The translations under genes were made by a program, and so were the position numbers. 64,000 nucleotides of DNA, taken from positions 96,001 through 160,000 of IMG/VR virus record IMGVR_UViG_3300046168_000070. One strand, given 5' to 3'. The notes beneath the pieces are model-generated. The model was given only the letters and a program-made list of their open reading frames with translations, searched no databases and was not told the DNA's origin. The stretch is from a virus. Below, piece by piece: positions 57,501-64,000 of this stretch. Within the stretch, counting starts at the first letter, position 1. Each line of letters starts with the position of its first letter.

Positions 57501-60500
57501 GAAACTTTAATACAGGCGACGCAATTGCTGCAGGCATATTTGGTAGTGGCAATAGAAACTACGCGAACCATTCTTATATTTTTGGTAATGATAATTTAAA
57601 TACTAGTACCGCTTTTAAGTCAAATACAATAGGTGAAGACAATATTAATAACGGCGATAGATCTATTGTCTTAGGTAGTGGGAATATTAATAGCGGAACT
57701 TTTAGTGCGATTTTTGGGTATGGCAACGATAGCACAATATTAGCTGAAAGATCTCATGTATTTGGTATCGAGAACATAAGTAATGCAGAAGATTCTGTGA
57801 TGGTTGGTAGCGGTAATGAGAATAACGCTGTCGATAGCATGACCGTAGGTTATGGAAATTTAAACGAAGACGAAGCTGATGGTTCACATGTATTTGGTAG
57901 AATAAACACCTCCGATTCATTTAGAGCAACTACGGTTGGTAGTGGTAACTTTGTAAGTGGCAACTATGCGTCAACTGTAGGTTATGGTAATGATGTAACC
58001 ACGTCTGGCGTCAGAGCTCATACGATTGGTATGGAAAACGTAGCCAACGCAGAAGATTCTGTGATGGTTGGTAGCGGTAATGAGAATAACGCTGCTGACA
58101 GCATGACGGTAGGTTACGGAAACTTGAACGAAGATGATGCTGATGGTTCACATGTATTTGGTAGAATAAACACCTCCGATTCATTTAGAGCAACTACGGT
58201 TGGTAGTGGTAACTTTGTAAGTGGCAACTATGCGTCAACTGTAGGTTATGGCAATGATGTAACCACGGCTGGAGTAAGAGCTCATACGATTGGTATGGAA
58301 AACGTAGCCAACGCAGAAGATTCTGTGATGGTTGGTAGCGGTAATGAGAATAACGCTGCTGACAGCATGACGGTAGGTTACGGAAACTTGAACGAGGATG
58401 ATGCTGATGGTTCACATGTATTTGGTAGAATAAATACCTCCGATTCATTTAGAGCAACTACGGTTGGTAGTGGTAACTTTGTAAGCGGCAACTATGCGTC
58501 AACTGTAGGTTATGGCAATGATGTAACCACGGCTGGAGTAAGAGCTCATACGATTGGTATGGAAAACGTAGCCAACGCAGAAGATTCTGTGATGGTTGGT
58601 AGCGGTAACGAAAACAACGCTGCTGACAGCATGACGGTAGGTTACGGAAACTTGAACGAGGATGATGCTGATGGTTCACATGTATTTGGTAGAATAAACA
58701 CCTCCGATTCATTTAGAGCAACTACGGTTGGTAGTGGTAATTTTGTAAGTGGCAACTATGCGTCAACTGTAGGTTATGGCAATGATGTAACCACGGCTGG
58801 AGTAAGAGCTCATACGATTGGTATGGAAAACGTAGCCAACGCAGAAGATTCTGTGATGGTTGGTAGCGGTAATGAGAATAACGCTGCTGACAGCATGACG
58901 GTAGGTTACGGAAACTTGAACGAGGATGATGCTGATGGTTCACATGTATTTGGTAGAATAAATACCTCCGATTCATTTAGAGCAACTACGGTTGGTAGTG
59001 GTAACTTTGTAAGCGGCAACTATGCGTCAACTGTAGGTTATGGCAATGATGTAACCACGGCTGGAGTAAGAGCTCATACGATTGGTATGGAAAACGTAGC
59101 CAACGCAGAAGATTCTGTGATGGTTGGTAGCGGTAATGAGAATAACGCTGCCGATAGCATGACCGTAGGTTACGGAAACTTGAACGAGGATGATGCTGAT
59201 GGTTCACATGTATTTGGTAGAATAAACACCTCCGATTCATTTAGAGCAACTACGGTTGGTAGTGGTAATTTTGTAAGTGGCAACTATGCGTCAACTGTAG
59301 GTTATGGCAATGATGTAACCACGGCTGGAGTAAGAGCTCATACGATTGGTATGGAAAACGTAGCCAACGCAGAAGATTCTGTGATGGTTGGTAGCGGTAA
59401 TGAGAATAACGCTGCTGACAGCATGACGGTAGGTTACGGAAACTTGAACGAGGATGATGCTGATGGTTCACATGTATTTGGTAGAATAAATACCTCCGAT
59501 TCATTTAGAGCAACTACGGTTGGTAGTGGTAATTTTGTAAGTGGCAACTATGCGTCAACTGTAGGTTATGGCAATGATGTAACCACGGCTGGAGTAAGAG
59601 CTCATACGATTGGTATGGAAAACGTAGCCAACGCAGAAGATTCTGTGATGGTTGGTAGCGGTAACGAAAACAACGCTGCTGACAGCATGACGGTAGGTTA
59701 CGGAAACTTGAACGAGGATGATGCTGATGGTTCACATGTATTTGGTAGAATAAACACCTCCGATTCATTTAGAGCAACTACGGTTGGTAGTGGTAACTTT
59801 GTAAGTGGCAACTATGCGTCAACTGTAGGTTATGGCAATGATGTAACCACGGCTGGAGTAAGAGCTCATACGATTGGTATGGAAAACGTAGCCAACGCAG
59901 AAGATTCTGTGATGGTTGGTAGCGGTAATGAGAATAACGCTGCTGACAGCATGACGGTAGGTTACGGAAACTTGAACGAGGATGATGCTGATGGTTCACA
60001 TGTATTTGGTAGAATAAATACCTCCGATTCATTTAGAGCAACTACGGTTGGTAGTGGTAACTTTGTAAGCGGCAACTATGCGTCAACTGTAGGTTATGGC
60101 AATGATGTAACCACGGCTGGAGTAAGAGCTCATACGATTGGTATGGAAAACGTAGCCAACGCAGAAGATTCTGTGATGGTTGGTAGCGGTAATAAAAATA
60201 ACGAAGGAGACTCTTTTATAGCTGGTTATGGCAACGAAAATCATGCGCTAAATAGCATGACCGTAGGATACGGAAACTTAAATAAGGACGGCGCTGATGG
60301 CTCACACGTATTTGGTAGAAATAATACTTCTGATTCTTTTAGGGCTACAACTGTGGGTAGTGGTAATTTTATAACAGGCGATTATGCTTCTACGATTGGT
60401 TATAGAAATCATGTTACTTTGTTAGGAGAAAGAGCTCATACCTTTGGTATGGAAAATATTGCTAACGCTAAGGATTCAATATTAATAGGTAGTGGAAACT

Positions 60501-62779
60501 TAAACGAAGGCGAAGATTCTTTAACTGTAGGTTATGGTAACATAAACGAAGGGGTACACTCTCATATTTTCGGCAGAGACAATAGAACAAGCGGAAATAG
60601 ATCTTTAACTTTTGGTATAAACAATTATGTAGGAGCAGAAACAGCTACTATTATAGGTGATGCTAATGATGTTGAAGGCAAGGATTCGAGAACTTTTGGT
60701 CTAGGTAATACATCTACTGAGTTTGGAATAAGAAGTCATATTGTTGGAAATGATAATATATCTAACTCTAAAGATTCTTTTATACTTGGTAGTGGTAATG
60801 AAAATAATTCTATTGATTCAGTTTTAATTGGTTACGATAATCAAAATTTATTAGATCCATATGTTGATGGTAGAGAATCTTTTATAGTAGGTTATTCAAA
60901 TGAAAATTGGTCTAAAAAGCATACTATTATTGGTTTCCAAAATACTGGAAGTGGAGATAATTCTTTTACAGTGGGGAGAGATAATATTAGTGACTTTTTT
61001 GGAACAGACGGTTATATTGTAGGTATAGAAAATGAAAATAATGGTGATAAGACTCACATTATAGGAAATAGAAATTATAATTGTCAATCTGAAAATGCAG
61101 CTATTTTTGGGCACGATAATATGGTAAGAGCTTGCTGTGATAATAGGCAGGATAGTTTCCCTCAAGCTCATTGGTCTCATGTTTTTGGTAGAGCTAATTA
61201 TGTATTCTCTTTTAAATCAAATGTTTTTGGTAGTGAAAATATAGCAAGTGGTCAATATTCTCATATAGGAGGCTTTGGTAATTTTAGTTTTACCGAAGCT
61301 TATAGGCCTCATATTTTTGGAATTAATAATACTGGTTGGGATGGCGATTCTATCATGATACTTGGTAGTGGTAATGAAGTCAGTGGAGATCATTCATTTA
61401 CTGCTGGGTATGGAAACTCAAACACGCAGAGCGGGAGTAGGTCGTATATACTAGGTATGGAAAATGTAGCCAACGCAGAAGATTCTGTGATGGTTGGTAG
61501 CGGTAACGAAAACAACGCTGCCGATAGCATGACCGTAGGTTACGGAAACTTAAACGAGGATGATGCTGATGGTTCACATGTATTTGGTAGAATAAACACC
61601 TCCGATTCATTTAGAGCAACTACGGTTGGTAGTGGTAATTTTGTGAGTGGAGATTATGCTAATACATTGGGTTACGGAAATAAAGTAACTGATAGTGGCG
61701 ACAGGTCTTATACTTTAGGGATGGAGAATTTTAATAATGCAGAGAATGCATTTATTATAGGTAGTGGGAATACAAACCATAAAAAAGATACAACTACAGT
61801 AGGATACGGAAATTTAAATGAAGGTAGCTTGTCGATGATTTTTGGTTATGAGAATCATATACAAGAAGATGTTGAGAGAGCTTCTATTTTTGGTAGAGGT
61901 ATTACTTTAGGCATAAATGACGCTTTTCAGTTTGGACCTAATGAAAGCGGTAAAATAACAATTTTAGAGAATGGTCATATAGGGATCGGGGCCACAGGAG
62001 AAATCCCCTTTGAAGACCCTCAAGAATTACTACATTTGTATGATGGTAACGTTTTATTTGAGTCTAAGGATAGTGGTGGCGAAGTTAGGTTTTATAATAA
62101 CTTGGAAGAGCCTGAGTTTCATAATCCATCTCAAGATGATATTAGATTTGTTGTGTCAGGAGCAAATCAAAGAATACAAGGTGATTTAATTTTATCTACA
62201 GGCATTGGCGATAAAGGGCAAACATTGCATGGTAGAATATTCCAAGAGGCATCTCATTATGAAAAAATAACTGGAATGAATTGGGGGAGAGCACCTTTTG
62301 GACCAACTGATACTTGCGACTATGATCAGCTTGTATTTCATCCTAATAAATTAGACACTATTATAGGTACAGATGGTAGCATTAATCAACACAAAGTTGG
62401 AGTACATGCTGCTGAAGATTTTTGCAATACCCTAAATAACCCTGATAGTATGATGCCTGAGCCAGGTCGCAGAATTTTATACGCACCTCGACCTGGAGAC
62501 CCTCACGGCGTCTTATATAATGTTGAGCCTACTGGCGCAATTTTTGCTAGATATACAATATATGATGTGCCAGAAATGGATATATTTAGTGCAGTATTAC
62601 CTTCTGCCGAACTAAGTAGTGGAGCTGCCTATACAGTAAAAAATGTAGGCAAAGGGAAGACTAACGTATTTGTAACTGGTGAAGATAAATTAGATATACT
62701 TTTTACAGGATTTATGATTGAGGCTAGATTTGAAAGTCATACATTTATTAGCGATGGAAACGGCTGGTTTATAGTTTAA
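54512..62779 (+). CDS. Giant tail fibre: KISQL N-terminus, P-domain-like module, YadA-head-like (GxxN) beta-roll repeats, C-terminal fibre tip
   Basis: IKITSPEGT..GTWKLTLIDE..GQLKKWWI; >100 S..(F/V/I)G..N coils; LPSA..YTVKN..ESHTFISDGNGWFIV. Confidence 0.85.
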   Translation: MAGNRKISQLSTYSGYVAPKDLFITATQSTPVRNKQISFYDGGPDGHNLISSIQKAGNFVSTTGVEQIHGDKYFRNNIDVRRNVIIHGEDDPGEHSEDALYVYGNIINSGIDVLTYESSDNLCIDIPVGNVSQINSRGVSNSFNVDGHLGVYPARVDDQSIFNYYPIEKVQVFFEIAEYKNDDFIRVWSGVNPVTFDTDPIHYQTKTPGLIDSTDGAVGYPQQEIDFKEKSNVDGLFIKITSPEGTESEVYNHFQGLDYQRDHAVFKDEQGVGTWKLTLIDECGDVIDGQLKKWWIKIHRRLGITELGHNNDTTGIDAINIGQSNSNYAESGSIYGRENINSGYNAFVVGDSNKHTALARISDTFGRGNHIDTTGASTFGSGNFVTGEYSSTVGYGNDITISGVRAHTIGIENVANAEDSVMVGSGNENNAADSMTVGYGNLNEDDADGSHVFGRINTSDSFRATTVGSGNFVSGDYASTVGYGNDVTTAGVRAHTIGMENVANAEDSVMVGSGNENNAADSMTVGYGNLNEDDADGSHVFGRINTSDSFRATTVGSGNFVSGDYASTVGYGNDVTTAGVRAHTIGMENVANAEDSVMVGSGNENNAADSMTVGYGNLNEDDADGSHVFGRINTSDSFRATTVGSGNFVSGDYASTVGYGNDVTTAGVRAHTIGMENVANAEDSVMVGSGNENNAADSMTVGYGNLNEDDADGSHVFGRINTSDSFRATTVGSGNFVSGDYASTVGYGNDVTTAGVRAHTIGMENVANAEDSVMVGSGNENNAADSMTVGYGNLNKSDADGSHVFGRKNTSDSFRATTVGSGNINSGDYSMIAGYGNKNNSDDSIIVGYGNFVDLDGDTSNVFGRSNEIYSPFSTAVGIDNIISGESGAAYGNLNTVTEKGDNTLIFGIGNTGNAEDCVILGKENVINSANSVIGGYRNYTDSTAADITIFGRKNKVESATSVRTMGSGNRALADLSSTFGNANLADTKATFGNIFGNFNTGDAIAAGIFGSGNRNYANHSYIFGNDNLNTSTAFKSNTIGEDNINNGDRSIVLGSGNINSGTFSAIFGYGNDSTILAERSHVFGIENISNAEDSVMVGSGNENNAVDSMTVGYGNLNEDEADGSHVFGRINTSDSFRATTVGSGNFVSGNYASTVGYGNDVTTSGVRAHTIGMENVANAEDSVMVGSGNENNAADSMTVGYGNLNEDDADGSHVFGRINTSDSFRATTVGSGNFVSGNYASTVGYGNDVTTAGVRAHTIGMENVANAEDSVMVGSGNENNAADSMTVGYGNLNEDDADGSHVFGRINTSDSFRATTVGSGNFVSGNYASTVGYGNDVTTAGVRAHTIGMENVANAEDSVMVGSGNENNAADSMTVGYGNLNEDDADGSHVFGRINTSDSFRATTVGSGNFVSGNYASTVGYGNDVTTAGVRAHTIGMENVANAEDSVMVGSGNENNAADSMTVGYGNLNEDDADGSHVFGRINTSDSFRATTVGSGNFVSGNYASTVGYGNDVTTAGVRAHTIGMENVANAEDSVMVGSGNENNAADSMTVGYGNLNEDDADGSHVFGRINTSDSFRATTVGSGNFVSGNYASTVGYGNDVTTAGVRAHTIGMENVANAEDSVMVGSGNENNAADSMTVGYGNLNEDDADGSHVFGRINTSDSFRATTVGSGNFVSGNYASTVGYGNDVTTAGVRAHTIGMENVANAEDSVMVGSGNENNAADSMTVGYGNLNEDDADGSHVFGRINTSDSFRATTVGSGNFVSGNYASTVGYGNDVTTAGVRAHTIGMENVANAEDSVMVGSGNENNAADSMTVGYGNLNEDDADGSHVFGRINTSDSFRATTVGSGNFVSGNYASTVGYGNDVTTAGVRAHTIGMENVANAEDSVMVGSGNKNNEGDSFIAGYGNENHALNSMTVGYGNLNKDGADGSHVFGRNNTSDSFRATTVGSGNFITGDYASTIGYRNHVTLLGERAHTFGMENIANAKDSILIGSGNLNEGEDSLTVGYGNINEGVHSHIFGRDNRTSGNRSLTFGINNYVGAETATIIGDANDVEGKDSRTFGLGNTSTEFGIRSHIVGNDNISNSKDSFILGSGNENNSIDSVLIGYDNQNLLDPYVDGRESFIVGYSNENWSKKHTIIGFQNTGSGDNSFTVGRDNISDFFGTDGYIVGIENENNGDKTHIIGNRNYNCQSENAAIFGHDNMVRACCDNRQDSFPQAHWSHVFGRANYVFSFKSNVFGSENIASGQYSHIGGFGNFSFTEAYRPHIFGINNTGWDGDSIMILGSGNEVSGDHSFTAGYGNSNTQSGSRSYILGMENVANAEDSVMVGSGNENNAADSMTVGYGNLNEDDADGSHVFGRINTSDSFRATTVGSGNFVSGDYANTLGYGNKVTDSGDRSYTLGMENFNNAENAFIIGSGNTNHKKDTTTVGYGNLNEGSLSMIFGYENHIQEDVERASIFGRGITLGINDAFQFGPNESGKITILENGHIGIGATGEIPFEDPQELLHLYDGNVLFESKDSGGEVRFYNNLEEPEFHNPSQDDIRFVVSGANQRIQGDLILSTGIGDKGQTLHGRIFQEASHYEKITGMNWGRAPFGPTDTCDYDQLVFHPNKLDTIIGTDGSINQHKVGVHAAEDFCNTLNNPDSMMPEPGRRILYAPRPGDPHGVLYNVEPTGAIFARYTIYDVPEMDIFSAVLPSAELSSGAAYTVKNVGKGKTNVFVTGEDKLDILFTGFMIEARFESHTFISDGNGWFIV
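55660..56990 (+). repeat. 264-bp (88-aa) tandem repeat, block 1, ~5 copies
   Basis: Unit starts 55751, 56015, 56279, 56543, 56807. Confidence 0.95.
57776..60190 (+). repeat. 264-bp (88-aa) tandem repeat, block 2, ~9 copies; one more copy at ~61466-61680
   Basis: Unit starts 57776, 58040, then every 264 bp to 60152. Confidence 0.95.
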
Positions 62780-62784
62780 ATGAA

Positions 62785-64000
62785 ATGGCTAAGAAGAATA
62801 ATGTAAGACATAAGCCTGAGTTAGCTCAACAAAAAAACATAGACAGGCACGTTGGGGAAGGCATTTCTTCAAAAGATTTTATTGTATTAAATGATGGTAA
62901 GATTGGAATAAATTTACCAGAGAATATTATCGGAGAATTAGGGAGTATAGATCCGAGAGTAGAATTAGATGTTGTAGGCGGAGCTAGATTTACTAGTGAT
63001 TTAGAAGTTAGTGGTTATGGGATTTTTGGGGGGGATATAGATGGTGGAGGCCATATTAAGGTTAGAGACGAAATAACTGGAGGTGGGTATTTAAAAATCG
63101 GAGGCGATATAGATGGAGGAGGCCATCTTAGAGTAAAAGACGAAATTACTGGCGGAGGTTACCTAAGGATCGGGGGCGATATAGACGGGGGCGGACACCT
63201 TAAAGTAAAGAATGAAATTACTGGGGGAGGCTACTTGAAGGTCGGGGGCGATATAGATGGAGGCGGACATCTTAAAGTAAAGGATGAAATTACTGGCGGA
63301 GGCTACTTGAAGGTCGGAGGTGATATAGACGGAGGCGGACATCTTAAAGTAAAGGATGAAATTACTGGCGGAGGCTACTTGAAGGTCGGGGGTGATATAG
63401 ATGGAGGCGGACATCTTAAAGTAAAAGATGAAATTACTGGCGGAGGCTACTTGAAGGTCGGAGGCGATGCAAATATTTATGGAGACGCCTGGCTTCACAA
63501 TGACTTAACTTTAGGTAATGATTTCTTAGTTAGTGGAGACTCGAGTTTTTTAGATACCGTTACAGTCGGGGATCCTTTTGAGCAGGATATAGCAACTTTT
63601 GCTGGTTCAGAAATTACATTAGGATCACAAAACTCTGGAGTATTAGCAGAGTTTGATGATGGGATTAAATTTTATGAAAGACCAACCGTAAGCGGAACTG
63701 GAGTTCTTCTAATTGGCGAAATTGATTCTAAGATATTTTCTAAAATCAAAGTAGACGGGAATGGCGAAATAACGGGAGATTTATCAGTTGGAGGAAATCT
63801 TTATGTTTCGGGAGATACGTTCGTTCAGTCTGTTACAGATGTTTCCGTGACTGGCGATATTAGTGGTTATTCGATTGAGGGCGTTAGTGGTATATTTGAG
63901 ACTGGAATTTTTCAGAGTGGATATTTTCAAAATTTATTAATTTATAAATATTTAGATGTATTAAGTGGAATAACATCAAGCGGCTACCAAGTTTTAACTG
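62785..64000 (+). CDS. Tail fibre, 3'-truncated by window edge (not in ORF track)
   Basis: Open from ATG 62785 to window end: MAKKNNVRHK..GKIGIN..ELDVVG..; G-rich beta repeats; module shared with 27138 fibre. Confidence 0.85.
   Translation, partial: MAKKNNVRHKPELAQQKNIDRHVGEGISSKDFIVLNDGKIGINLPENIIGELGSIDPRVELDVVGGARFTSDLEVSGYGIFGGDIDGGGHIKVRDEITGGGYLKIGGDIDGGGHLRVKDEITGGGYLRIGGDIDGGGHLKVKNEITGGGYLKVGGDIDGGGHLKVKDEITGGGYLKVGGDIDGGGHLKVKDEITGGGYLKVGGDIDGGGHLKVKDEITGGGYLKVGGDANIYGDAWLHNDLTLGNDFLVSGDSSFLDTVTVGDPFEQDIATFAGSEITLGSQNSGVLAEFDDGIKFYERPTVSGTGVLLIGEIDSKIFSKIKVDGNGEITGDLSVGGNLYVSGDTFVQSVTDVSVTGDISGYSIEGVSGIFETGIFQSGYFQNLLIYKYLDVLSGITSSGYQVLT
63028..63459 (+). repeat. 72-bp (24-aa) tandem repeat x6
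   Basis: GGDIDGGGHLKVKDEITGGGYLKV. Confidence 0.9.

Noticed and set aside
55710-61610. Series of near-identical 61-84 aa minus-strand ORFs
   Set aside because: Antisense shadows of the 264-bp coding repeat; no promoter or GTGTAA, and they recur exactly with the repeat period.
27780-63900. Diversity-generating retroelement TR/VR pair (module shared by 27138 and 62785 fibres)
   Set aside because: Differences are not adenine-restricted and no reverse transcriptase is in the window.
1-64000. Alternative genetic code (stop-codon reassignment)
   Set aside because: Long genes (2949, 2755 aa) are intact in code 11 and all three stops are used at gene ends.
1-64000. Prophage, contractile tail, tRNA genes, introns or inteins
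   Set aside because: No integrase, att site, sheath, tRNA cloverleaf or intein motif was recognised. Absence is by eye only.
1-64000. Specific host assignment
   Set aside because: Promoters fit a generic sigma70 host. PhoH and oxygenases suggest an aquatic setting, but nothing here fixes the taxon without searches.

Overview
This window is a 64 kb segment of a large, AT-rich tailed dsDNA bacteriophage. It is siphovirus-like: HK97-type head genes, a 2949-aa tape measure protein (TMP) and no recognisable sheath. No integrase, tRNA, rRNA or CRISPR array was seen. (1) 1-7.9 kb is an early region of short genes. Almost every gene has its own host sigma70 promoter 6-8 nt before the ATG (leaderless layout), and a 26-bp repeat recurs every ~1-1.5 kb. 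(2) ~7.9-8.0 kb is a C-rich/G-rich boundary, a candidate genome terminus or pac site. (3) 8-64 kb is the late region. It holds two 2OG-Fe(II) oxygenases, PhoH, a phage sigma factor, an ERCC4 nuclease, terminase, portal, scaffold, capsid, neck and tail genes. It also holds four tail-tube-fold paralogues, a 17-domain FN3 arm split by one frameshift, and many fibres/adhesins, including a 2755-aa repeat fibre. Late genes share a GTGTAA motif, mostly 8-10 nt before the start codon. Top hypotheses: a 'plug-and-socket' motif grammar for branched fibres, a motif-delimited PD-(D/E)xK nuclease cassette inside the TMP, and a largely leaderless early/late transcription programme driven by the phage sigma factor. 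All family calls come from motif recognition by eye. No database searches were run.
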